Assembly (NCBI GenBank): GCA_964514965.1
Contig: CAZETV010000001.1
Span: forward strand, 450,001 to 482,000
Reading direction: 5' to 3'
Length of the DNA: 32,000 bases
DNA from: Candidatus Hadarchaeota archaeon
GTDB taxonomy: Archaea; Hadarchaeota; Hadarchaeia; Hadarchaeales; Hadarchaeaceae
Below, in pieces: positions 24,558 through 32,000 of this stretch. How positions within the stretch are numbered: the stretch's first letter is position 1; each line of letters starts with the position of its first letter. The position numbers and the translations under genes were made by a program. A model generated the notes under the pieces. The model was given only the letters and a program-made list of their open reading frames with translations, was not told the origin of the DNA and ran no database searches.

Positions 24558-24564
24558 TTTTTTT
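24558..24564 (+). terminator. oligo-T archaeal terminator
   Basis: T7 run immediately after the 3' strand of the terminal helix. Confidence 0.5.
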
Positions 24565-24609
24565 AACCTTAATTCTGTTAACCCCTTTCACAGTCGTGGA
24601 AGTAGATAC

Positions 24610-25395
24610 TCAGTTAGCTAAATCAACCCATTCAATTTTTGCCCTATCCCACTCTTGAATAGGATGCCCAATTTTTTCTAAGAATTCTCTAACTTCTTCC
24701 TCATCCAGTTTTACAATATCCTCCAGAACCGGGATTAAAATACACAACGCGTTCGATGAAAGTACTGTTCGTTTAGAGATGTGCCCAAGGAAAGGCGAGG
24801 GCGAGACGGCTATGGGATACCCATTGTAAGTTTTTACGTGCAACATCACGTACATATCAGAATGGCCATCCCCCACATAGACAGTTCTTTCTGGAGGAAT
24901 TTTTTCCTTAGTTCTAGCCAAATTAAGTGCCTGTACCTTCGCCGATCCGGCCCTGACCCACTCAACGCCTTTGATTACGCCTTTCTCGTCGTAGGTGTAG
25001 AGAGTACCGTAAATGTGGTTTTTAGGGATTATACCCCTCAACGCTTCTTCAATTATTTTTTGGGGAGAAGCAGAAATTACATAAGGGACAAAGCGTTTCC
25101 CACGAAAGCCTTTCCGCAGCAAGCCAAAGAGTTCAGGAATATTCCTCTTAAGCTTTACCTCTTTCCCAACCTCTCGCAAAAGCTTTCGAGTCACTTTTCC
25201 TTTGTAACTAGGATCGTGAATGATGAGATAAGACAGCTCACCACCTAACTTGGCGATGCTTTTTCGCCTTAATCTCCTAATTTTTTCATCGAAGTCCTCC
25301 CGTGAGATTCCTAGTTTTAGACTCAGGAGAAGTCCGGTATCTTGAACGCTCAAAGTTTTGTCGAAGTCCAATGCAAACAAATATCTCTCTTCCAT
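24610..25395 (-). CDS. HAD-superfamily phosphatase (subfamily IB/PSPase-like)
   Basis: Motif I ALDFDKTL, motif II VISAS, GSAKVQAL lysine motif, motif IV YVGDGHSDMYV. Confidence 0.8.
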   Translation of the reverse strand: MEERYLFALDFDKTLSVQDTGLLLSLKLGISREDFDEKIRRLRRKSIAKLGGELSYLIIHDPSYKGKVTRKLLREVGKEVKLKRNIPELFGLLRKGFRGKRFVPYVISASPQKIIEEALRGIIPKNHIYGTLYTYDEKGVIKGVEWVRAGSAKVQALNLARTKEKIPPERTVYVGDGHSDMYVMLHVKTYNGYPIAVSPSPFLGHISKRTVLSSNALCILIPVLEDIVKLDEEEVREFLEKIGHPIQEWDRAKIEWVDLAN

Positions 25396-25565
25396 TCTTT
25401 CACCTAACGTTTCAATTGCAAGTTAGCCTTTGTATTTAGAGAGATTTATATGGCTTGCAGAAAGCCGATTGAATCAACCAGAAAAAACTGGATGAAACCT
25501 TGTTATTCACGGGGGGCCTGGGCCAACTTTTATCTGAAAAGCAGACGATTGTTTTTACGACGCAC

Positions 25566-27992
25566 ATGAAAGGTTTACTGCTTGATGTCGACTATGCTGA
25601 AGAAGAAGCGCAACCCTACATAAGACTATTCCTGAAGAGTGGGACAGAAATGATTGTCGCCACCGACCCGACATTCGAACAATATCTCTATGTTGTGGCC
25701 AACGACGCAAAAAAAACGGCAAAGCTCATCTCCAAGCTTGAACTCAACGAGTACGGGCGCACCCTCAAACCGAAATCCGTCAATTTTTTCAAGCGGACTT
25801 TCCTCGGAAATGAAGTCGAAACCATAAAGGTGGCTTTCCACCATCCAAAAGATATGTCCCGGCTCAGACATGCGATACGCGAGCTACCGGGGGTAAAAGA
25901 TATCTACGAGTTCGACATTCCCTTCGCGAGGCGCTATCTAGTCGACAGAGAACTTACCCCTATGTCGGGCGTAAGCGTAAGCGGCAAGATGGAGGAGGGA
26001 AAAGATGTCAAAATACTGATGCTTGATAGTCCACCCAAACCAGCCGATGTACCTGAGCAAAAGTTGAACGTGATGAGCTTCGACATCGAAGTTTACAACC
26101 CCACGGGAACCCTTCGACCTGACAAAGATCCGGTTATCATGATGAGTTTAGCCGACAACCGGGGTTTCAAAAAAGTCATCACATGGAAGGATTTCAAGGT
26201 AAAACTCGATTACGTTGAAGTCGTGGAAAGTGAGAGAGAAATGCTCAGGCGCTTCGTCGAGTTAGTCGAGGAGCGTGACGTTGATATCCTACTCGGATAC
26301 AACACCGATCTCTTCGACTTTCCCTACTTGCGCGAACGGGCAAAGCAATTAAAAATCAAACTGAAACTGGGACGCGATGGCTCGGAAGTAATAACTCGCA
26401 AGCGAAGTTTCGCGACGGCGACCCGAGTTCGAGGACGGGTGCACATCGACGTTTACACTATGGTGACCTTTCTCGCGACGATAGGGACGATAAGGCTCAT
26501 CCACTACACCCTCGAGGATGTTTACCGACATATGCTTGGGAAGGAGAAACCTGATTTCGAATTCACCGAGATGGTCAAAACTTGGGAATATGGAGGAGAA
26601 CCCGCGAGAAAATTGCTCGAGTACTCGATGTCGGATGCTGAAGCGACGCTCGAGCTGGGACTCGAGTTGCTCCCGCTATTTTTCGAGTTGACTCGGACGA
26701 TCGGACAAACACCCTTCGATGTCAGCAGGATGACACCAGGACAACTCGTGGAATGGTTGTTAATCCGCGAAGCGCACAAACGAAACGAACTCGTACCTGT
26801 TAGACCTATGGGTGAGGAGTACGAGGAACGACTCGAGGAAACTTACATTGGCGCGTACGTCATGGAACCTGAGAAAGGTCTGCACGAGGGTATTGTAGTG
26901 TTCGATTTCAGGAGCCTGTACCCGAGCATAATAGTATCGCACAACATTGACCCCTCAACGCTCAACTGCAATTGCTGCGCGCCTAGCGAGGCCACGCAAG
27001 CTCCAGAACTTGATTATTACTTCTGTACCAAGCGACGGGGGTTCATATCAACGATACTCGAACAACTCATTCAAGAGCGCGCGCGTTTGAAGCGAGAGCT
27101 TAAAAAACAAAAGCGGGAAAGCAAGGAATATCGCTCGCTCGATGCACAACAAACAGCACTCAAGATTATCGCAAACAGTTTCTATGGCATGTTAGGCTAT
27201 CCGCGGGCACGCTGGTATTTCAAAAAATGCGCCGAGAGCGTTACGAGCTTTGGACGACATTACATCCGTCAAACGATTGAACTGGCAAAGGAGTTCGGTC
27301 TTGAGGTAATCTACGGAGATACAGATTCGCTTTTCTGCAAACTTAACGGCAAAAGCCGCGAGGATGCGATGCGATTTCTAAAGCAGGTAAATGAGAGCCT
27401 TCCAGGCGTCATCGAGCTCGATTTCGAGGGCTTTTACCCCCGCGGCGTGTTCGTCACCAAGAAGCGTTACGCGATGATTGACGAGGAGGGGAGAATGGTA
27501 GTTAAAGGTCTAGAGTTCGTCCGTCGTGATTGGGCAGCACTTGCAAAGAAAACCCAGGAAGAGGTGCTCAGAGCTATCCTCAAAGATGGCTCACCGAAAA
27601 AAGCAGCTGAACTCATACGCAAAACTACCCGTGACGTGCTTAATGGTCGCGCTAGTTTGGACGACCTCGTGATATACACCCGGCTCAAGATGCCCATCGA
27701 GAGCTACCGCTCAATAGGCCCCCACGTGGTCGCGGCGAAGAGGCTCCGTGAGCTGGGGCGAGAGGTAGAACCCGGAATGGTGATAGCTTACATCGAAGCC
27801 AAGGGTGCGGGAAGCATAAGCGAGCGCGCCATTCCTGTAGAAGATTTCAAGGGTATAGAATATGACCCTGAATACTATGTCGGACACCAGGTTCTACCCG
27901 CTGTAATGCGGATTATGGAGGTTCTAGGGTACAAGGAGGAGGATTTGCGCTTTGAGCGGCAGAAACAGATGAAATTAGCGAAGTTCACTTAA
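25566..27992 (+). CDS. polB: family B DNA polymerase
   Basis: Exo I FDIEV, Exo II GYNTDLFDFPYL, motif A DFRSLYPSIIVSHN, motif B KIIANSFYGMLG, motif C YGDTDS. ATG 25566 (MKGLLLDVDY) preferred over the TTG-extended ORF from 25500. Confidence 0.95.
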   Translation: MKGLLLDVDYAEEEAQPYIRLFLKSGTEMIVATDPTFEQYLYVVANDAKKTAKLISKLELNEYGRTLKPKSVNFFKRTFLGNEVETIKVAFHHPKDMSRLRHAIRELPGVKDIYEFDIPFARRYLVDRELTPMSGVSVSGKMEEGKDVKILMLDSPPKPADVPEQKLNVMSFDIEVYNPTGTLRPDKDPVIMMSLADNRGFKKVITWKDFKVKLDYVEVVESEREMLRRFVELVEERDVDILLGYNTDLFDFPYLRERAKQLKIKLKLGRDGSEVITRKRSFATATRVRGRVHIDVYTMVTFLATIGTIRLIHYTLEDVYRHMLGKEKPDFEFTEMVKTWEYGGEPARKLLEYSMSDAEATLELGLELLPLFFELTRTIGQTPFDVSRMTPGQLVEWLLIREAHKRNELVPVRPMGEEYEERLEETYIGAYVMEPEKGLHEGIVVFDFRSLYPSIIVSHNIDPSTLNCNCCAPSEATQAPELDYYFCTKRRGFISTILEQLIQERARLKRELKKQKRESKEYRSLDAQQTALKIIANSFYGMLGYPRARWYFKKCAESVTSFGRHYIRQTIELAKEFGLEVIYGDTDSLFCKLNGKSREDAMRFLKQVNESLPGVIELDFEGFYPRGVFVTKKRYAMIDEEGRMVVKGLEFVRRDWAALAKKTQEEVLRAILKDGSPKKAAELIRKTTRDVLNGRASLDDLVIYTRLKMPIESYRSIGPHVVAAKRLRELGREVEPGMVIAYIEAKGAGSISERAIPVEDFKGIEYDPEYYVGHQVLPAVMRIMEVLGYKEEDLRFERQKQMKLAKFT

Positions 27993-28392
27993 TAAGCAAT
28001 TCGCCCTCTGAGGTCAAAACTACATCAAAACTTTGAGTTACTGACCGGCCGTGCAATTTATTCCCCGCCCCTTCACGAATCTTGGATATTACATCAAGTG
28101 TACTGAGCTTAACTAGAATCTTCGCAGTATCTGCCGCTTTAAATAATCTTTTGGGTACTTTCAAAATATCGTCACCCCGTTTGATCTTAAGCACAACTGG
28201 GGCACGAAAAATTGCAGCCAGCTTGAGCGTGCGCTCTGCTCGCGCGATGTTATCCCTCGCCCTGCGCTCAAGAATGCAAACATTAGCGCGAGAGGTCCTC
28301 AGCATTCTAGCTATCTTAGTTTGAGTCAATCCTTTCAAACGAAGCTCAAGAACCCGCGACTGCGCCTCGGTTAGGAAGGTGTCCTTACTCAT
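27985..28392 (-). CDS. tfx: Tfx-family DNA-binding transcription regulator
   Basis: FLTEAQSRVLELRLKGLTQTKIARMLRTSRANVCILERRARDNI aligns closely by eye with Methanothermobacter Tfx. 135 aa. Its 3' end overlaps the convergent polB by 8 nt. Confidence 0.85.
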   Translation of the reverse strand: MSKDTFLTEAQSRVLELRLKGLTQTKIARMLRTSRANVCILERRARDNIARAERTLKLAAIFRAPVVLKIKRGDDILKVPKRLFKAADTAKILVKLSTLDVISKIREGAGNKLHGRSVTQSFDVVLTSEGELLIK

Positions 28393-28449
28393 AACATCAA
28401 GTTTAATTTGGATGCAGGATTAAACAGTTTTTGCTCGGAGAGCATTTGA

Positions 28450-29343
28450 ATGTTAACTGAAGATGAACTAACAGCATATCGAAAAGCGGGAAAACTCGTG
28501 GCCGAGGTGCGAGAGAAGACACGCGCCCTCGTGAAACCTGAAGTCACGCTACTTGAGATAGCCGAAATGGTGGAGGATTCGATCGCGCAAAAAGGAGGTA
28601 AACTAGCGTTTCCCTGCAACGTTTCGGTCAACGAGATCGCAGCCCATTATAGCCCGCCCGCAAACGACGACACGAGCATCAAGGAAGGAGACATGATCAA
28701 AGTTGACATAGGTGCCCACTTCGATGGATACATCGCGGACACCGCGTTCACAGTAGCGACGGGCGAAAAACAAGAACTTGTTCAGACGGTCGAACGGGCT
28801 CTTGAGGCTTCAATTGGTGCGATTAAACCAGGCATAGATGTAGGCGAGATAGGAAAAATAGTCGAAGAAACCGCAACTGCAGCTGGGTTCAAGCCCATCC
28901 GAAACCTCACAGGTCATAGCCTAACGCGGTGGAACCTGCACGCTGGCCTAACGGTGCCAAACGTCAAGGAAGAGACTGGACAAAAGCTAAAGGCCGGCGA
29001 TGTTGTGGCCCTCGAACCCTTTGTGACTGACGGCGCTGGGTACGTCGAAGATCAAAAGAAGGCCTACATTTTTCGCTATCTACAAGACCGCCCAGTGCGA
29101 CTTCGAATGGCAAAACAACTACTCAACGAGGTTAAGCGATCCTATGATGGCCTCCCGTTCTCGGAGCGATGGCTTGCCAAAAAGATGTCAAAGCTTAGGC
29201 TTGAGCTGACCTTGCGAGAGCTTGTGGGCATCGGGGCGTTGTGGCCATATTACGTACTAGCCGAGCGGGCTGGCGGCAAGGTGGCACAGGCTGAGCATAC
29301 GGTAATCGTCACCGAAGACGGTTGCGAGGTGACTACCAGATAA
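28450..29343 (+). CDS. map: methionine aminopeptidase, type 2 (archaeal)
   Basis: FPCNVSVNEIAAHYSP, KVDIGAHFDGYIADTAFT, NLTGHS, ALEPF, AQAEHTV metal-ligand motifs. Confidence 0.95.
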   Translation: MLTEDELTAYRKAGKLVAEVREKTRALVKPEVTLLEIAEMVEDSIAQKGGKLAFPCNVSVNEIAAHYSPPANDDTSIKEGDMIKVDIGAHFDGYIADTAFTVATGEKQELVQTVERALEASIGAIKPGIDVGEIGKIVEETATAAGFKPIRNLTGHSLTRWNLHAGLTVPNVKEETGQKLKAGDVVALEPFVTDGAGYVEDQKKAYIFRYLQDRPVRLRMAKQLLNEVKRSYDGLPFSERWLAKKMSKLRLELTLRELVGIGALWPYYVLAERAGGKVAQAEHTVIVTEDGCEVTTR

Positions 29344-29439
29344 CGCACTAGGGCTGCAATTAGTCACATATGGAGAGAAATGAAACGATTAAGCTAGTGC
29401 AATATTTGAGAAATTAATAACGAATATTATAAAATGCTT

Positions 29440-30120
29440 TCATTTACGTAACACAAACATCGCATGGTCTTTCTCGTAAGGGTCGAGTATCTTTGCGTCG
29501 ACGACTTCCATCTCCTTTTCAAGTTTTTCTAACTCGTCCCTGAATATCTCGCGCGGCTCCTTGGTAATGTCGATGCTCCGAGCCTTGACCGCCAGCATCG
29601 CATACCCCCCTTTCCGCAAAAATGCCTTCACGTTCGCTAACAAAATTTCAGTCTGGTCAGGCTGGGCGACATCTTGGTAGAGCACATCTACTTTCCCGAT
29701 GATTGCGCAATAACTTCCTGGCTGTCGAGCATCGGCCAAGAGAGGGGCCATGTTTGGTCTCTGGTTACAGATTATGAGCAAATCGCGGAGCGGGCGCGAT
29801 GAAATTTCAATACAATTAACAGAGCCACTTAATCCGATTAGGTCGGAGACATGCGAAGCGGTCGTCCCACTGGCGGCCCCCAAGTAGAGCACAAATTCAC
29901 CTTGATCAATCGGGACCTTCTTGATGTCCTTTAAGATAGCAGCCGCGAGCTTGCTCCGATAGGGATCCCATAGGCGATACTCGGTCCCTTGAATTTTGAG
30001 GAGCCTCTCGCCGTAGACTTGTGTGCCTGGAGCTAGATTTACAGTTGCAAGCTTGCGCGTCCCATCTTCAAGCTTAACCCAGTAGACCCCAGCAAAGCGT
30101 TTGTGTTCGGTTACTTTCAT
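29440..30120 (-). CDS. flpA: fibrillarin-like rRNA/tRNA 2'-O-methyltransferase
   Basis: VYGERL...EYRLWDPYRSKLAAAIL, LYLGAASGTTASHVSD (SAM-binding), DVAQPDQ. ATGA overlap with nop5. Confidence 0.95.
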   Translation of the reverse strand: MKVTEHKRFAGVYWVKLEDGTRKLATVNLAPGTQVYGERLLKIQGTEYRLWDPYRSKLAAAILKDIKKVPIDQGEFVLYLGAASGTTASHVSDLIGLSGSVNCIEISSRPLRDLLIICNQRPNMAPLLADARQPGSYCAIIGKVDVLYQDVAQPDQTEILLANVKAFLRKGGYAMLAVKARSIDITKEPREIFRDELEKLEKEMEVVDAKILDPYEKDHAMFVLRK

Positions 30121-31271
30121 TTTCTCGGCTCCTTATATTTCGCCTTGATATCAGCTATACGCGCCTTCAAGTCAGCGACAAGCTTGTCCCCCACAAACTC
30201 ACCCGACATCGCGTCGACGCGCGCGGCTATGGATAGTTTTCCTGCGAGGGCACGAGCTATCTTTCCCCGCTGCCACTTAGGCGCTCCCCGGACCTCAGGG
30301 TACTGATAGATTACGCCGTGCTTTGGGGGCCTCGCTTGAGAACGGAGCGCCCTGAAGAGAGCTTTTTCCGCCCCGAGTACCTGAAGTGTGCTCGCGGGCG
30401 AACGAGAAAGTTTCTTCAAACCACCCGCTAGTGAAATAAGCCTTGCACCAACCGAGCCACCGACGACCGTTCGCAGATTTGGCGCCACTTGGGCCATCAA
30501 CCCATCGATATATTCGGCTATTCGCTCCCGGAACTCGTATAAGGAGAACACCTCTCGTGCACACCCCTGCAGTATTTTGATATCGAGTTCGTCGAATGGG
30601 GCGCCTAAGGAATTCATTGCAGCCTCGGCTATTTGCGCCGCGTTTTCATCTGATAATTCAATCACGCTCTTCACCGCAGCTTGAGTAAATCGCTCACGGG
30701 AGCCCAATTCTAAGATGAGTTTCAGGTATTTTTGATGCTCAACAACAAATCTGTCGAGCTCGGGGAAGTGGGTAGAGTACCACTCGCGTATTAAGCCAGA
30801 AAGGATGTTTGTGAACTTATCAAACTCATTAAGCATGCCTATAGCTTGGATGACTAGCTTGTCTCGCTCGGCTGCCTCCTCCCGGAGCTTTTGCCGCGTG
30901 AGGATGAATGTTACTTCCCGGGCAAGCTTGTCTGACTCCTTAAATCCCACCTCTTTAGCTATCTTTTTGAGCTTGGTACGTAGGAGTTCACCTGCAAGAT
31001 TCGGTAGCTGCACCTCGAACTTGGTACGTCGAAATTCCTTACGCAATTGTGAGACGAGCAATTCAGACTCTAGGGTAAATTCAAGGAAACCTTTCTTGAC
31101 TAGTTCAGCTATGATCTCGCGGTGCTCTTCCGTAGAAGCTCCCATCTGAACGCTCGCCAGCCGCCCGGCCACTTCGATTGCGTCCCGGGGGAACTGCTTC
31201 GACGCCAACATTCGCCCCTCATCATCGAACGCGAACACGCCTAACACACATTCAGCTATATGAACCGCCAT
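30117..31271 (-). CDS. nop5: Nop5 (Nop56/58) C/D box sRNP core protein
   Basis: Nop domain: LRTVVGGSVGARLISLAGGLKKLSRSPASTLQVLGAEKALFRAL...PKHGVIYQ. TTTAAATTA box ~25 nt upstream of the ATG. Confidence 0.95.
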   Translation of the reverse strand: MAVHIAECVLGVFAFDDEGRMLASKQFPRDAIEVAGRLASVQMGASTEEHREIIAELVKKGFLEFTLESELLVSQLRKEFRRTKFEVQLPNLAGELLRTKLKKIAKEVGFKESDKLAREVTFILTRQKLREEAAERDKLVIQAIGMLNEFDKFTNILSGLIREWYSTHFPELDRFVVEHQKYLKLILELGSRERFTQAAVKSVIELSDENAAQIAEAAMNSLGAPFDELDIKILQGCAREVFSLYEFRERIAEYIDGLMAQVAPNLRTVVGGSVGARLISLAGGLKKLSRSPASTLQVLGAEKALFRALRSQARPPKHGVIYQYPEVRGAPKWQRGKIARALAGKLSIAARVDAMSGEFVGDKLVADLKARIADIKAKYKEPRK

Positions 31272-31488
31272 GTGCGCACCTGACTAAAAGTTAATTTAAA
31301 CTTCATAAAGCTTTAATAGAGGGGCCAAAGATTGCCTATCCTGCCTGTTTGAATCCTTTCCTCACCACATCTCTTAACAAACCGCTCGACATCCTCGCGC
31401 TTGGTGTAAGATATGCTATCAACCCCGCACAGAATTCAGCTGGGACGCAAGTGGTGAGAATGAGATTATAGTAATAAGACAGTAGGCC

Positions 31489-31752
31489 TCAATCAGACAT
31501 ACCAAACTTAACGATTTTGCCGTCAATGTTTTCGACCACACCGCAGAACCCTTTTGAATTTTTAGGCGCTCGAGCTGGCAAACCGTGGCGCCTTTTAATG
31601 CTAATATGCGCCGCCTCGATGTAAAGCCTAGCATCCTCGAAACTTTCGCACACACATTGGGCATAGCCATTTGACGTAGCCGAGATATCCTCAGATTCCC
31701 TGTCGCAGACATCACACTCGGCTCGCCAACCATTAGTGTGACGCAAAAACAC
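31489..31752 (-). CDS. hypothetical Cys-containing small protein (87 aa)
   Basis: Preferred over the overlapping 114-aa frame on composition (that frame is R/S/L-rich, shadow-like). C-x2-C ... C-x-C arrangement (CDVCD, CVCE). GTG start preceded by GGTGG. Confidence 0.4.
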   Translation of the reverse strand: MFLRHTNGWRAECDVCDRESEDISATSNGYAQCVCESFEDARLYIEAAHISIKRRHGLPARAPKNSKGFCGVVENIDGKIVKFGMSD

Positions 31753-31807
31753 GGCGCCACCATTTTCCTTTTTAGGTAAGAGCGATTAAATATGAATTGG
31801 TGAAAAC

Positions 31808-32000
31808 GTGCAGAAGAAAACTGGTGAAAAAATCGTTGCTTTCGGCACTGAGCGCCTGAAGCGTGGATTCGCTAAGATGCAAAAGGGTGGCGTAATCATG
31901 GATGTCACGAACCCCGAACAGGCAATCATAGCTGAGGAGGCTGGAGCAGTAGCGGTAATGGCTTTGCAAGCGGTACCTGCCGACATTCGAGCAGCAGGTG
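31808..32000 (+). CDS. pdxS: pyridoxal 5'-phosphate synthase subunit PdxS (5' partial, runs off the window)
   Basis: [45 protein letters not shown] is the highly conserved PdxS/SNZ N-terminus. GTG at 31808 is the first start after an in-frame TGA. Confidence 0.9.
   Translation, partial: MQKKTGEKIVAFGTERLKRGFAKMQKGGVIMDVTNPEQAIIAEEAGAVAVMALQAVPADIRAAG

Noticed and set aside
24253-24591. 112-aa and 62-aa minus-strand ORFs in the M16-HAD spacer
   Set aside because: They run antisense to the promoter-to-terminator structured RNA (probable RNase P RNA), and their R/S/F-rich composition is not protein-like.
31419-31763. 114-aa minus-strand ORF overlapping the 87-aa ORF
   Set aside because: R/S/L/C-rich off-frame-type composition; the 87-aa frame is more protein-like.
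1-32000. Genome-wide reassignment of TAG (for example pyrrolysine) as the explanation for the interrupted Doc and RHH genes
   Set aside because: TAG ends at least six conserved genes in this window at their expected C-termini, so TAG is a normal stop here. Only local or low-level read-through remains conceivable, and the window cannot test it.

Overview
Archaeal chromosomal window, about 50% GC, densely coded on both strands. Promoters are TATA-box and often leaderless in style, with a few strong Shine-Dalgarno sites. Housekeeping and informational genes dominate: a PUA protein, a SepF-like protein, a ZPR1-type zinc-finger protein, the aCPSF1/FttA beta-CASP ribonuclease, proteasome beta subunit, glycerol-1-phosphate dehydrogenase (archaeal lipid marker), HypD, a two-subunit ADP-forming acyl-CoA synthetase-like pair, two archaeal histones, a eukaryote-type topoisomerase IB, family-B DNA polymerase, Tfx, methionine aminopeptidase, the Nop5-fibrillarin operon and the 5' end of pdxS. 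Topo IB, histones, SepF and G1PDH together suggest a TACK/Thermoproteota-type lineage such as Bathyarchaeia, but the window cannot settle this. I found no CRISPR array, transposase, tRNA/rRNA or clear multi-gene defence island. Five things are not explained by the ORF track. (1) A ~233-nt structured RNA with its own TATA box and oligo-T terminator, which I read as a size-reduced RNase P RNA. (2) A Doc/Fic toxin plus RHH gene pair, missing from the track because each gene carries one in-frame TAG. (3) Two Shine-Dalgarno-led micro-ORFs (21 aa acidic, 12 aa basic) in an otherwise empty ~400-bp spacer. (4) Two enzymes with intact folds but missing canonical catalytic loops: an ACD alpha subunit without the phosphohistidine loop, and a DHODH/DPD-like flavoprotein-ferredoxin fusion without the N-x-S-C-P loop. 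The second sits in a cyclic-amidohydrolase/SsnA cluster that suggests nucleobase catabolism. (5) A GCGCGCGC-clamped AT-rich element in a 580-bp spacer. All family assignments come from motif recognition by eye; no database search was run.
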